A stretch of DNA of 64,000 bases, taken from an uncultured Clostridia bacterium. GTDB lineage: Bacteria > Bacillota > Clostridia > TANB77 > CAG-508. The notes below the pieces were generated by a model. That model searched no databases and was not told where the DNA came from. It was given only the letters and a program-made list of their open reading frames with translations. How positions within the stretch are numbered: position 1 is the first letter of the stretch; each line of letters begins with the position of its first letter. Of this stretch, positions 1 through 10,997 are shown in pieces. The stretch lies in the NCBI GenBank assembly GCA_947594935.1, contig CANQEM010000004.1, positions 133-64,132 of the forward strand, in the 5' to 3' direction. The position numbers were made by a program, and so were the translations under genes.

Positions 1-843
1 TACAATCGTTTTATAAACTAAATCTAATTCAGTTACTTTTTTCTCCAAGTCATCAGCTAGTTTATGGCTAGCAAAAGTAGACATATTGCCATCAACACAA
101 ATTGTTAAGAAAATGATATGTTTTTCGCCAACTGGTGATGAATAAAAACTTTTAACAGACTTAATATCTGGGAAAGTATTAGCCAATGATAAAATAGTTT
201 CTTTTGTTTCATTATCTACTGAAATATCCATCAAAATTCGATAACTTTCCATGAAAATATTGATACCAGTATAGCATATCCAAATTGAAATACCAAAACC
301 TACAACACTATCAAGCCAATAAATGCCAAAAAGTGTACAAACACTAGAAAGTAGAGTGAAAGAAGTAACAATACAATCATTACGATGATCCTGCATATTT
401 GCTTCTAATAAAATATTTTTATGTAATTTGTAAGCATGTCTTGTATATAGAAATAAAATAAGTTTTGTTATTATTGTAATAATGCAGACCAAAACTAAAA
501 ACCATGAAAAATTTAAACTACTACCAACAACAAAAGTAGTGGCAGAATCATATAACAATTTAGCAGAAACTAAAACCATTGAAATACCTATAAACATAGA
601 AAAAAGATATTCGGCTTTGCCATGCCCAAAATTATGGTCATCATCTTTTGGCTCACTCGCAATTTTGTTACCAATAAAAGTCATCAAGGAAGCAAAAATA
701 TCACCAGCACTGTTAAAAGTATCAGCAATCATAGCTTGGCTATGTGTGATAAACCCAATAATGCCTTTCATAATTAGTAACAAAATATTCCCAATAATTC
801 CATATATTCCAGCTTTTTTTGTTATGGTAAAACGTTCATCCAT
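1..843 (-). CDS. cation diffusion facilitator (CDF) family metal transporter; C-terminal end runs off the window
   Basis: Own minus-strand translation from ATG (complement of 841-843): MDERFTITKKAGIYGIIGNILLLIMKGIIGFITHSQAMIADTFNSAGD...DHNFGHGKAEY...MQDHRND. This is a typical CDF TM and His/Asp motif pattern. It is absent from the ORF track because no stop lies in the window. The + ORF 482..862 is its antisense shadow. Confidence 0.8.
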   Translation of the reverse strand, partial: MDERFTITKKAGIYGIIGNILLLIMKGIIGFITHSQAMIADTFNSAGDIFASLMTFIGNKIASEPKDDDHNFGHGKAEYLFSMFIGISMVLVSAKLLYDSATTFVVGSSLNFSWFLVLVCIITIITKLILFLYTRHAYKLHKNILLEANMQDHRNDCIVTSFTLLSSVCTLFGIYWLDSVVGFGISIWICYTGINIFMESYRILMDISVDNETKETILSLANTFPDIKSVKSFYSSPVGEKHIIFLTICVDGNMSTFASHKLADDLEKKVTELDLVYKTIV

Positions 844-965
844 ACACAAAAACTCCTTTTAAATGAATTATATTCTATTATACCATAAATTAAAACAAAT
901 GCAAGTGAGGACTTGTGAAAATAATAAAAATTTGATATACTAATGGAAAATAAAAAGGAGAAACC

Positions 966-3201
966 ATGATAGCACAAGTAATAATAAATACAACAGCGAA
1001 AAAATTGAATAGAACGTTTGACTATAACATTCCGCAAGATTTAAAAGACTTCATATCAATTGGAACAAAAGTTATGGTCCCTTTTGGTAGAAAAAAAGAG
1101 CTAGAAGAAGGCTTTGTTGTAGGCTTAAAAGAAACATCTGAATTTGAAGTAAAAGATATAGCAAAGCTAGAAGAAAGCTTATCAGAAAAGCAAATTCAAC
1201 TTGCAAAATGGATGGCGAATAAATATTTTTGTAATGTATCAGACTGCATTAAACTAATGCAAACACCAGGAACAAGGTCAAAACAAGCTAAAATTCAAGA
1301 TAAAACAATAAATACAATATATCTAAAAAAAGATATAGAAGAAATTGAATATGATATTGAAACAAAAAAAATAAAATCAGAAAAACAGCAAAAAATATTA
1401 CAATTTGTAAAAGACAACGAAGGTGCTACAATTCCAGAAATAGAAATGTTTACCGACACATCAAGAGCAACAATAAATGTATTGATAAAAAATGGATACT
1501 TAGAAGTAACAGAAACAAAGATTGAAAGAAACCCTCTTAGTGATAAAAAAATTGATAAAACAGAGAAATATCAATTAACAGAGGAACAGCAAACTGCATA
1601 TAACTCAATAAAAAATGCAGTTGAAAAAAATATATATGAACAATTTTTAATTTATGGTATTACTGGCTCTGGTAAAACTGAAATATATTTACAATTGATT
1701 GAACAAGTAATTAAGGACGGCAAATCAGCAATCATGCTAGTTCCAGAAATTTCCTTAACACCTCAAATGATAGAATGCTTTATTGCAAGGTTTGGAAAAG
1801 AGCAAATAGCAGTATTACATAGCAAATTATCAATAGGAGAAAGGCATGATGAATGGGAAAGAATTAAACAAAACAAAGCAAAGATTATAATAGGTGCAAG
1901 GTCGGCTATATTTGCACCAGTACAAAATTTAGGAATTATTTTAATTGATGAAGAACATGACAGTTCATATAAATCAGAATCAACACCACGTTATAATGCA
2001 AAGGAAATCGCAAACTATATAGCAAGTGAAAAGCAAATTCCAGTTGTACTGCGGAAGTGCAACCCCAGATATAACAACATATTATAAAGCAACACAAACA
2101 AAAGAAATTACGCTTTTAGAATTAACTAAAAGAGCAAACAATGCACAAGTACCAAAGGTAGAAATTATAGACTTAAAACAAGAATTAGCCAATGGAAATC
2201 ACTCAATGCTTAGTAGAGCGTTATATTCCGAAATTGAAAAAAACTTAAAAGAAAAACATCAAACAATATTATTTTTAAACCGTAGAGGATATTCAACATT
2301 TATAATGTGCAGAGAATGTGGATATACCGTAAAATGCAGAAATTGCAATGTAAGTATGACATACCATGGATATGAAAACAAATTAAAATGTCATTATTGC
2401 GGACAAGAATCTCCAATTGTAACAATATGCCCAGAGTGCGGGAGTAAAAAAATAAGATATTTCGGAGCAGGAACACAAAAATTAGAACAAGAAATAAAAA
2501 AGCAATTTCCAAATTGTTCAACAATTCGTATGGACACAGACACAGTTACAAAGAAAAATTCACATGAACAAATTTTAAATAAATTTAAAAATGAAGGTAT
2601 AGACATTTTAATTGGAACACAGATGGTTGTAAAAGGGCATCACTTTCCAAAAGTTACACTAGTAGGTGTTGTTGCAGCAGATAGTTCGCTAAATATTGAT
2701 GATTATAGAGCAAATGAAAGGACTTTTCAAATATTAACACAAGTAGCTGGTAGGGCTGGCAGAGAGAATTTACCGGGGAAAGTCATTATACAAACATATA
2801 ACCCACAAGACTTCAGTATTCAAGCTGCACAAAAGCAAAATTACTTAGAATTTTACGAAACTGAACTTGCATTAAGAAAACACTTGAAATATCCGCCATT
2901 TTGCGATATAATAGTAGTTAGGTTTGAAGGAAAAGATGAAAACAAAATAAAAACATTAGCATTAGAAAGCTATAATGAGCTATATAAGCAACTAAAAAAC
3001 AACGGAGAAGTCGCTGTTTTCAAGCCAATGCCAGCACCAATTGACAAAATTCAAAATAAATATCGTTGGAGAATTATTATAAAAGGAAATATGACATCAG
3101 ATATAAATAAAATTTGTAATAATCTATTAAAAGAATTCTATGAGAAAAATCAGAAAGATATTAGACTAACAATTGATGTTAATTCGAATAATATGATATA
3201 A
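966..3201 (+). CDS. priA: primosomal protein N' (PriA helicase); needs a +1 frame change at CGG 2052-2054
   Basis: ORFs 966..2087 and 2026..3201 are the N and C halves of one PriA. It has Walker A GITGSGKTEIY, DEEH, Cys-rich zinc fingers CRECGY..CRNC..CHYCG..CPECG, and GTQMVVKGHHFP. Joining ...IPVVL + GSATPD... restores the conserved LGSATP motif. Confidence 0.9.
2052..2054 (+). other. frame junction at in-frame CGG (gta ctg CGG aag -> ctg c GGA agt)
   Basis: (2052-966) is divisible by 3. The 0 frame stops at 2087. The +1 frame carries the rest of PriA. Confidence 0.85.
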
Positions 3202-3227
3202 AGTGTTTGAAAGGTAGGAGAAAAAAC

Positions 3228-3704
3228 ATGGCAATCAGAAATTTAAGACTAGAAGGAGACGAAATATTAAAGAAAAAATCGAGAGAAGTTGAAGCAATTG
3301 ATGAGCGAATTCAAACTCTAATAGATGACATGATTGAAACCATGCACAAGTATAACGGAGTAGGCTTAGCTGCTGTTCAAGTAGGAATTTTGAAACGAGT
3401 AATTACCATCGATTTATATGATGACAAAGGACCAATAGTTTTAATAAATCCAATAATTTTAAAAGAAAAAGGAGAGCAAGAAGTTGAAGAAGGATGCCTA
3501 AGCTTTCCAAACCGTTTTGGAAAAATCATTAGACCAGCAGAAATTGTTGTTGAATATACAGATAGAACAGGGAAAAAAGTAAAAACAAAAGCAAAAGAAC
3601 TATTAGCCCAAGCTATATGCCATGAAGTAGACCACTTAGAAGGAGAAGTTTTTGTTGATAAAGTTATACCAGGAACATTAGAATATGTTGAACCAGAAAA
3701 CTAA
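3228..3704 (+). CDS. def: peptide deformylase
   Basis: MAIRNLRLEGDEILKK..., GVGLAAVQVG, EGCLSFP and HEVDHLEG motifs. An AGGAG RBS precedes ATG 3228; the track ORF starts earlier at a TTG. Confidence 0.93.
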   Translation: MAIRNLRLEGDEILKKKSREVEAIDERIQTLIDDMIETMHKYNGVGLAAVQVGILKRVITIDLYDDKGPIVLINPIILKEKGEQEVEEGCLSFPNRFGKIIRPAEIVVEYTDRTGKKVKTKAKELLAQAICHEVDHLEGEVFVDKVIPGTLEYVEPEN

Positions 3705-3721
3705 GAAAAGAGGAGAAAAAG

Positions 3722-4591
3722 ATGCAAAATTTAAATCAATTAAAAAGAGAAATTGATGCAGAAGTAAGAGTCGGCTTACAACCAACAAAAGAAAAGCAGG
3801 AAAAAATAAGAGAATATATTGATACATGTTTTGAAATCTATTCAAAGGAAAAAATGCCAATTTTGGAATTTGAATTTCTAGAAAAAGCTCTTGCAATTGT
3901 ACCAATGAAATATAGTGACATGGTTAATTTTACAAAGAAATGTGCCGAGTTTCAAGCTTATGGAAAGGCTGCAGTAACATTAAAAGACAGAAAGAAAAGA
4001 ATTCAAGAAGATATTACACCAGAACAAGATGAGAAATTAAGTCAATTACAAAAAAATTTCGTAAAAGCATATAGAGTAAGAGAAGCCATGTTAATTATGA
4101 AAAAAGGAAATTATGATATGAAGATAATTTCAAGGCAAACAGGGCTATCATATGATGAAATAAATATATTAAAACTTAAAATGGCTAATCAACAAATAAC
4201 AACAATAAAGGGACCTTCTGCAAGAGAAAAAATTGTAGAAATGTTATATGAATTTAAAGACCCATATAGATTACAAGAAAAATATGGAATTTCAGATTTT
4301 GAAATGGACGATATGCGTGACCAAGCGGGATGCAAAAGGTTAAAACCTAGACCAAAGGAAACAGATATAGAAATGAGAGTTAAACAAGATAGCCAAATAA
4401 GGTCAGAAATGTTATGCCTTAAACTAGGAACAGGCAAAGAAAAAGTGGCAAAAATGTTTAAAATAAGTGAAGAAGAATTGCAAAAACATATAAATGCAGC
4501 AATTCAATATGGACTAATCAAAGAAAATCAAATAGATGGAATAGACCCACTAGCATCTCAAAATATACCGTTTGACCAATTAGAGTTATAA
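3722..4591 (+). CDS. hypothetical protein (289 aa) with helix-turn-helix-like segments, inserted between def and fmt
   Basis: Long ORF with a strong RBS (GAGGAGAAAAAGATG). I recognise no family. Segments such as KIISRQTGLSYDEINILK look HTH-like. Confidence 0.6.
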   Translation: MQNLNQLKREIDAEVRVGLQPTKEKQEKIREYIDTCFEIYSKEKMPILEFEFLEKALAIVPMKYSDMVNFTKKCAEFQAYGKAAVTLKDRKKRIQEDITPEQDEKLSQLQKNFVKAYRVREAMLIMKKGNYDMKIISRQTGLSYDEINILKLKMANQQITTIKGPSAREKIVEMLYEFKDPYRLQEKYGISDFEMDDMRDQAGCKRLKPRPKETDIEMRVKQDSQIRSEMLCLKLGTGKEKVAKMFKISEEELQKHINAAIQYGLIKENQIDGIDPLASQNIPFDQLEL

Positions 4592-4607
4592 AAAGGAGAG
4601 AAAAGCA

Positions 4608-5549
4608 TTGAAAATTATTTTTATGGGTATACCAGATTTTGCAAAGGAATCTTTGCAAGCTATTCATAAAGAAAATCATCAAATTTTAAGTGTTGTAACA
4701 AATTTAGATAAACCACAAGGTAGGGGGATGAAGCTTACAGCATCACCAGTTAAACAATATGCAGAAGAAAACGAAATTCCAGTTATACAACCTAAAACTA
4801 TAAAAGGAAATTCAGAATTTATAGAAAAAATAAAAGAGCTAAACCCAGATGTAATATGTGTTGTAGCTTATGGAAAAATATTACCAAAAGAAATTCTTGA
4901 TATACCAAAATATGGTTGTATAAATGTGCATGGTTCACTACTTCCTAAATATAGAGGAGCAGCACCAATACAATGGGCAGTGCTAAATGGGGACAAAGTT
5001 ACAGGTGTTACAACAATGTATATGAATGAAGGTATGGATACAGGAGACATCATTTTAAAAGAAGAAGTAGAAATCGGAGAAGATGAAACAACAGGCGAAC
5101 TTTGGGAAAGACTATCAAAATTAGGTGGAAACTTATTAGTAGAAACACTAAAACAAATAGAAAACGGAACAGCACCAAGAGAAAAACAAGGAAATGACTT
5201 TACAACAGCACCAATGCTTACAAAATCTATGGCAAAAATAAATTGGGAAGAGCAAACAGCAAATGAAATCAAAAATTTAGTTAGAGGGTTAAACCCAATA
5301 ATGGGTGCATATACTTTTTTAAATGGAAAGAAAGTTAAGTTTTGGAAAGTGGAAGTTGAAAAAAATGAATTAGACAAAAATGCCAAAAATGGAACAATTG
5401 TTAAAGTAGACAGCAAAGAAGGTATATTCATAAAAACAAAGCAAGAAATAATAAAAGTTATAGAAATACAAGGCGAAAATGCCAAAAAAATGCCAATACA
5501 AGATTATCTACGAGGAAACCATATAAATGTTGGCGAAAAATTCGAATAA
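4608..5549 (+). CDS. fmt: methionyl-tRNA formyltransferase
   Basis: TTG start after AAGGAGAG. MKIIFMGIPDFA..., HGSLLPKYRGAAPIQWAV motif. Conserved position after def. Confidence 0.93.
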   Translation: MKIIFMGIPDFAKESLQAIHKENHQILSVVTNLDKPQGRGMKLTASPVKQYAEENEIPVIQPKTIKGNSEFIEKIKELNPDVICVVAYGKILPKEILDIPKYGCINVHGSLLPKYRGAAPIQWAVLNGDKVTGVTTMYMNEGMDTGDIILKEEVEIGEDETTGELWERLSKLGGNLLVETLKQIENGTAPREKQGNDFTTAPMLTKSMAKINWEEQTANEIKNLVRGLNPIMGAYTFLNGKKVKFWKVEVEKNELDKNAKNGTIVKVDSKEGIFIKTKQEIIKVIEIQGENAKKMPIQDYLRGNHINVGEKFE

Positions 5550-5586
5550 AAGCAAGATTTTTTAATTAAAGTCTTGCTTTTTTCTT
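5549..5586 (+). terminator. rho-independent terminator after fmt
   Basis: Stem AAAGCAAGA / TCTTGCTTT followed by a T-run. Confidence 0.7.
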
Positions 5587-5712
5587 AGAAATGTGTTAAA
5601 ATGATTAGCGTAAAAAAACACATAAAGTTAATTTGAAAGGGTGTGCTAGAAATCTAGTCCGGTTCAAGTGTTAAAACTTTATGGATGTAAAAACAAAAAG
5701 GAGGAATTTAAA

Positions 5713-6501
5713 ATGGCAGTAGTTGCAATGAAACAATTACTAGAAGCAGGTGTTCATTTCGGACATCAAACAAGAAGATGGGATCCAAAAATGGCTGAAT
5801 ACATATTCCAAGCTAGAAATGGAATTCACATCATCGATTTACAAAAAACATCAAAGAAAATTGATGAAGCTTATGCTTTTCTTAAAGAACAAGCAGAAGA
5901 AGGGAAAACAGTTCTATTTGTAGGAACAAAAAAACAAGCACAAGAGTGTATGAAAGAAGCAGCAATCAAATGTGGCATGTACTATGTTGATCAAAGATGG
6001 TTAGGTGGAATGCTTACAAACTTTGAAACAATTAGAGGCAGAGTACAAAGACTTAAAGACTTAGAAAAAATGCAGGAAGATGGAACATTTGAAATATTAC
6101 CTAAAAAAGAAGTTATTCTATTGAAAAAAGAAATGGAAAAACTAGAAAAAAATCTAGGTGGAATCAAAGAAATGGAAGTACTACCAGGAGTTATTTTCTT
6201 AGTTGACCCTAAAAAAGAAAGAATAGCAATATTAGAAGCAAAGAAATTAAATATTCCAGTTATCGGCTTAGTTGATACAAACTGCAACCCAGAAGAAGTT
6301 GACTACCCAATTCCTGGAAATGATGATGCAATTCGTGCAGTAAAACTAATTGCTGACGTAATGGCAAATGCAGTTATCGAAGGTAGACAAGGCGAAAGCT
6401 TTGAAGCTAATGAAGAAACTGAACAAGACGTTGCAGAAGAAGCAACAGATATGGAACAAGTAGCAGAAGAAATAACTGAAACAGAAGAATCAGCTGAATA
6501 A
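5713..6501 (+). CDS. rpsB: 30S ribosomal protein S2
   Basis: [27 protein letters not shown]... after a GGAGGA RBS. Acidic C-terminal tail. Confidence 0.96.
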   Translation: MAVVAMKQLLEAGVHFGHQTRRWDPKMAEYIFQARNGIHIIDLQKTSKKIDEAYAFLKEQAEEGKTVLFVGTKKQAQECMKEAAIKCGMYYVDQRWLGGMLTNFETIRGRVQRLKDLEKMQEDGTFEILPKKEVILLKKEMEKLEKNLGGIKEMEVLPGVIFLVDPKKERIAILEAKKLNIPVIGLVDTNCNPEEVDYPIPGNDDAIRAVKLIADVMANAVIEGRQGESFEANEETEQDVAEEATDMEQVAEEITETEESAE

Positions 6502-6526
6502 TAGCTGAATAAAGGAGGTTTTTTTA

Positions 6527-7405
6527 ATGGTTACAGCAAGTTTAGTAAAAGAATTAAGAGAAAAAACAGGTGCAGGAATGATGGACTGCAAGAAAGTTTT
6601 AACAGAAACAGATGGCGATATGGAAAAAGCAATTGAACTTTTAAGAGAAAGAGGAATTGCAAAAGCAGCTAAAAAATCAGGAAGAGTTGCAGCAGAAGGT
6701 CTAGTTGAAGCCTATGTTGCAGAAGATGGAAAATCAGGAGCAGTTGTAGAAGTTAACTCTGAAACAGACTTCGTTGCAAAAAATGAAGAATTTAGAACAT
6801 TTGTAACAAATGTTGCAAAACAAGTATTAGAAACAAACCCAAAAGATGTAGAAGAACTATTAGCACAACCAGCTAAATTTGAAGCAGGAAAAACAGTACA
6901 AGAAGTGCTAGTTGATAAAATTGCAACAATTGGTGAAAACATGTCAATTAGAAGATTTGCTAGATTCGAATCAGAAGGTTTAGTAGAAAAATATATTCAT
7001 GGTGATGGAAAAATTGCAGTTTTAGTAAACATGAAAAAAGGAACATCAGAAGTTGCAAAAGATATTTGTATGCAAATAGCAGCAGCAAGACCAGAATATG
7101 TTAGAAAAGAAGAAGTACCACAAGAAAGAGTTAGCAAAGAGATGGAAATCTTAAAAGCTCAAACTATGAACGAAGGAAAACCAGAAGCAATAGCAGAAAA
7201 AATCGTTCTAGGAAGAATTGGAAAATTCTACGAAGAAATTTGCTTAGTAGACCAAGCATTTGTTAAAGATCCAAATATGAAAGTATCTGAATTATTAAAA
7301 CAAAAAGATGCTGATGTAACAGCATTTGCTAGGTTCGAAAAAGGTGAAGGAATCGAGAAAAAAGAAGAAAACTTCGCAGAAGAAGTTATGAGCCAATTAA
7401 AATAA
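6527..7405 (+). CDS. tsf: translation elongation factor Ts
   Basis: MVTASLVKELREKTGAGMMDCKKVL... is the canonical EF-Ts N-terminus. Lies in rpsB-tsf synteny. Confidence 0.96.
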   Translation: MVTASLVKELREKTGAGMMDCKKVLTETDGDMEKAIELLRERGIAKAAKKSGRVAAEGLVEAYVAEDGKSGAVVEVNSETDFVAKNEEFRTFVTNVAKQVLETNPKDVEELLAQPAKFEAGKTVQEVLVDKIATIGENMSIRRFARFESEGLVEKYIHGDGKIAVLVNMKKGTSEVAKDICMQIAAARPEYVRKEEVPQERVSKEMEILKAQTMNEGKPEAIAEKIVLGRIGKFYEEICLVDQAFVKDPNMKVSELLKQKDADVTAFARFEKGEGIEKKEENFAEEVMSQLK

Positions 7406-7446
7406 AAAAAGAAAGAAACTCATGAATTTTGAGTTTCTTTTTTTGA
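7405..7446. terminator. bidirectional hairpin terminator between tsf and the convergent HD gene
   Basis: Stem AAGAAACTCA (7413-7422) pairs with TGAGTTTCTT (7430-7439). It is flanked by an A-run and a T-run and overlaps the HD gene stop. Confidence 0.7.
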
Positions 7447-7944
7447 TAATCTTTTTTGCATTTCATAGATTGTTTCATACAAAGCACATCTTTTATCTAT
7501 CCAAATTAAAACAAGACTTTCTTTATATTTTGGTAGTGAAAACAAGGTAACAGGCCACATGTGTTTTATAATTATATCTTTTTCTTTATCATTTAAATCA
7601 AACAATTTTGCTGCATTTTCATAAGATGTTCTAGGATGAGTAAAAGCATGTAGACCTTTTCTATCATCTTGCCTTTTTCTCCAATCATATAAAAACAAAT
7701 CATGAAGCATGGCAGCTCTTGCACAAGCAACATAATCAAGGTTGTGCTTTTTACACATTTTATAACATAGAAAAGAAGCAACCAAGCAGTGGTCAAAACA
7801 AGAAGTTTCACAATGTTGCCTATAATTTTTCATCTCTTGAACAGTTTTGTTTTCTAATATATCTTTAATTATACTAATAAAATCTTCATCTTCATAAATT
7901 CTGCCAATTAACTCTTCCATTTTCATATCCCTTCTTAAATTCAT
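7420..7944 (-). CDS. HD-domain phosphohydrolase
   Basis: HCLVAS...MLHDLFLYDW is an HD motif. The start is ambiguous: ATG at 7944, 7926 or 7920. Confidence 0.75.
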   Translation of the reverse strand: MNLRRDMKMEELIGRIYEDEDFISIIKDILENKTVQEMKNYRQHCETSCFDHCLVASFLCYKMCKKHNLDYVACARAAMLHDLFLYDWRKRQDDRKGLHAFTHPRTSYENAAKLFDLNDKEKDIIIKHMWPVTLFSLPKYKESLVLIWIDKRCALYETIYEMQKRLSKKETQNS

Positions 7945-8070
7945 CTAATTAAATTATACCATATTTTGCAATATAAATCTATAATTTTATAAAAATTTAA
8001 GAATTTCACAAAAAAATGCTGTACTTTTTCAAATTTTGTGATACAATGAAAAAGATAAATTGGAAAAGGA

Positions 8071-8787
8071 GTGAATAAATTGCAAGGAGCAAAGTATAAA
8101 AGAGTATTATTAAAACTAAGTGGAGAAGCATTAGCAGGAGAACAAAAGACAGGAGTAGACGTAGAAACAGTCGGAAAAATTTGTGACAAAATTAAAGAAA
8201 TTGTAGACATGGGAGTACAAGTAGCAATAGTTGTAGGTGGCGGAAACTTTTGGAGAGGCAGAAATGGTCATCAAATGGAAAGGTCAACAGCAGACTATAT
8301 GGGAATGTTAGCAACTGGAATGAACGGTTTAGCTCTACAAGACGCCTTAGAAGCCAGAGGAATCAATTCAAGAGTACAAACAGCAATTGAAATGAGAGAA
8401 ATTGCAGAACCATTTATACTAAGAAAAGCTGAAAAACATTTATCAAAAGGTAGAGTAGTAATATTCTCATGTGGCACAGGTCACCCATATTTTACAACAG
8501 ACACAGCAGCAGTGCTAAGAGCAACAGAAATAAATGCAGACATCATCTTGTTAGGAAAGGCAATTGACGCAGTATATTCAGCAGACCCTAAACTTGATAA
8601 AACAGCAACAAGATATGATAAAATTTCATATCTAGAAGTATTAGAAAAAGACTTAAAAGTTATGGACTCAACAGCAACAGCACTTTGCAGAGATAATAAC
8701 ATACCACTACTTGTTTTTGGAATAGCAGATCCAGAAAACATTGTTAGAGCGGTAAAAGGAGAACCAATAGGAACTTTGGTAGAATAA
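8071..8787 (+). CDS. pyrH: UMP kinase
   Basis: [38 protein letters not shown] 8080 has better RBS spacing than GTG 8071. Confidence 0.94.
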   Translation: MNKLQGAKYKRVLLKLSGEALAGEQKTGVDVETVGKICDKIKEIVDMGVQVAIVVGGGNFWRGRNGHQMERSTADYMGMLATGMNGLALQDALEARGINSRVQTAIEMREIAEPFILRKAEKHLSKGRVVIFSCGTGHPYFTTDTAAVLRATEINADIILLGKAIDAVYSADPKLDKTATRYDKISYLEVLEKDLKVMDSTATALCRDNNIPLLVFGIADPENIVRAVKGEPIGTLVE

Positions 8788-8802
8788 AAGGGGGAAATTA
8801 TC

Positions 8803-9351
8803 ATGGATTATTCAAACATGAAAGAAAAAATGGATAAAACTATTAGCGTATTTGCCGAAAAATTGGCAGAAGTTAGAGCAGGTAGAGCAAACCCTGCAAT
8901 ATTAAACAAGGTAAAAATTGATTATTATGGAACACCAACACCAATAAACCAAGTAGCTGGTGTATCTGTTCCAGAAGCAAGGTTAATTGTTATTCAACCT
9001 TGGGATGCAAGTGTTTTAAAGGAAATAGAAAAAGCAATATTAGCATCTGATATAGGAATTAACCCAAATAATGACGGAAAAGTCATAAGACTAGCTTTTC
9101 CAGAATTAAATGAAGAGAGAAGAAAAGAATTAGTAAAAGATATTAGAAAAATAGCAGAAGATACAAAAGTTGCAATAAGAGCAAGCAGACGTGACGGAAT
9201 AGAAATGGCGAAATCTGAACAAAAACAAGGAAACATCACAGAAGATGACCTAAAACAAGCAGAGCAAGATATTCAAAAAATGACAGATAAAAGCATAGAA
9301 GAAATCGATAAAATGCTAGAAAATAAAGAAAAAGAGGTTATGTCTGTATAA
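8803..9351 (+). CDS. frr: ribosome recycling factor
   Basis: RAGRANPAILNKVKIDYYGTPTPINQVA... is canonical RRF. Lies in pyrH-frr synteny. Confidence 0.95.
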   Translation: MDYSNMKEKMDKTISVFAEKLAEVRAGRANPAILNKVKIDYYGTPTPINQVAGVSVPEARLIVIQPWDASVLKEIEKAILASDIGINPNNDGKVIRLAFPELNEERRKELVKDIRKIAEDTKVAIRASRRDGIEMAKSEQKQGNITEDDLKQAEQDIQKMTDKSIEEIDKMLENKEKEVMSV

Positions 9352-10247
9352 TGGAATTTAAAGAAAATTTACAAATATATCAGCAAATAATAAACCAAGA
9401 ATTAGAAAAATATCTTAGAAAACAAGAATGCCTAGAAAAAGTATTAAATGAATCAATGGAATATAGCTTAATGGCTGGCGGGAAAAGGTTAAGACCAATA
9501 TTAGTTTTAGCAACATACAAGTTGTTAAGTGATAAAGAAAACTATGATATATGTATGCCATATTCAGTTGCGATTGAAATGGTTCACAATTTTTCATTGA
9601 TTCATGATGACTTACCAGGCATTGATAATGATGATTTCAGACATGGCAAATTAACAAATCATAAACAATTTAATGAAGCAACTGCGATTTTAGCAGGTGA
9701 TAGTTTATTAAATTATGCGTATATTGTTATTAGTCAAGATATACAAAACACAACAAACGAGCATGAAAAATCACAAAAAATTCAAATATTAAGTGAATTT
9801 TCAAAAGCTATTGACAAAATGTTAATAGGGGAATATGTAGATACAGAATATGAAGGCAAAGAAATTACAATAAAAGACTTAGAGTATATTCATCAAAACA
9901 AAACTGGTGCATTACTAACACTTTGTGTAAGAATGGGAGCAAGACTTGCTAATTGTAGTGATGAAGATTTAGAAACATTAACAAAATACTCAGAAAAAAT
10001 AGGCTTAGCATTTCAAGTAAAAGATGATATTTTATCAGAAGAAGGAGATGCCAAGATTTTAGGCAAACCAGTAGGAAATGATAAAGAAAGAAAAAAATGT
10101 ACTTATGTATCTCAATATGGTTTAGAAGGAGCAAAAGATATATTAGAAACACTAACAGAAGATGCAGTTAATTGTATAGAAAAATATGGAGAAAAAGCAG
10201 AATTTTTAAAACATCTAGCAATATATATTGCAAATCGAAATAAATAA
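9351..10247 (+). CDS. polyprenyl (farnesyl/geranylgeranyl) diphosphate synthase
   Basis: First Asp-rich motif LIHDDLPGIDNDDFRHGK and second motif FQVKDDILS. Confidence 0.88.
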   Translation: MEFKENLQIYQQIINQELEKYLRKQECLEKVLNESMEYSLMAGGKRLRPILVLATYKLLSDKENYDICMPYSVAIEMVHNFSLIHDDLPGIDNDDFRHGKLTNHKQFNEATAILAGDSLLNYAYIVISQDIQNTTNEHEKSQKIQILSEFSKAIDKMLIGEYVDTEYEGKEITIKDLEYIHQNKTGALLTLCVRMGARLANCSDEDLETLTKYSEKIGLAFQVKDDILSEEGDAKILGKPVGNDKERKKCTYVSQYGLEGAKDILETLTEDAVNCIEKYGEKAEFLKHLAIYIANRNK

Positions 10248-10262
10248 ATTTTGGAGGATACC

Positions 10263-10977
10263 ATGAGTTATGATGAAAATAATTTGCCTAAACATATTGC
10301 AATCATAATGGATGGCAATAGAAGATGGGCAAAAGCAAAACGGAAAACCAGCAGCATTTGGACATAAAGAAGGAGCAAAAACACTAGAAAATATTGTTAG
10401 ATATGCAAACAAAATTGGAATTAAGCATATCACGGTATACGCATTTTCAACTGAAAATTGGAAAAGAACGCAAGACGAAGTATCAGCACTAATGTCATTA
10501 TTCCAAAGCTATTTAGATGATTATGCAAAACGTGCAGACACTGAAAATATTAAAGTTAAAATAATAGGAAGCAGAGATGGGCTATCTGAAAAGATGAAGC
10601 AAAGCATTGAAAGAGCAATGGAAAGAACCAAAAACAACACAGGAATTGTTTTTAACATTGCATTAAATTATGGTGGTAGAGAAGAAATAATTCACGCTGT
10701 AAAAAACATTGCACAGCAAGTCAAAGAAGGAAAAATTAACCCAGAAGATATAACAGAAAATCAAATTGAAGAAAATCTATATACAGCAAATCAACCAGAT
10801 CCAGACTTACTAATTCGCACAAGTGGAGAGATACGTTTAAGCAACTTTTTACCATGGCAATTAACATATTCAGAATTTGTATTTATAGAAAAAAACTGGC
10901 CAGATTTTACTGAAAAAGATTTAGACGAGGCAATAGAAGTTTATCAAAAGAGAACTAGAAAATTCGGAGCAAATTAA
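10263..10977 (+). CDS. uppS: undecaprenyl diphosphate synthase; needs a +1 frame change at CGG 10341-10343
   Basis: ATG 10263 gives MSYDENNLPKHIAIIMDGNRRWAKAK, then CGG. The +1 frame continues GKPAAFGHKEGAKTLENIV...YAFSTENWKR...IRTSGEIRLSNFLPWQ, the canonical UppS sequence. The 0 frame stops 8 codons later. Confidence 0.9.
10341..10343 (+). other. frame junction at in-frame CGG (gca aaa CGG aaa -> aaa c GGA aaa)
   Basis: (10341-10263)=78, so it is in frame. Confidence 0.85.
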
Positions 10978-10997
10978 AAAAGAAAAGGAGTGTATGT

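Noticed and set aside
482-862. Track ORF on the + strand (126 aa)
   Set aside because: It is the antisense shadow of the clearly recognisable CDF transporter on the minus strand. It has no RBS and no recognisable motifs.
4868-5485. Long antisense ORFs inside fmt (205 aa). The same applies to those in rseP (12176..12760), pheS (19345..19842), the ABC transporter genes and addA.
   Set aside because: They lie opposite well-supported genes and have low-complexity Ser/Phe/Ile-rich translations typical of antisense frames in AT-rich DNA.
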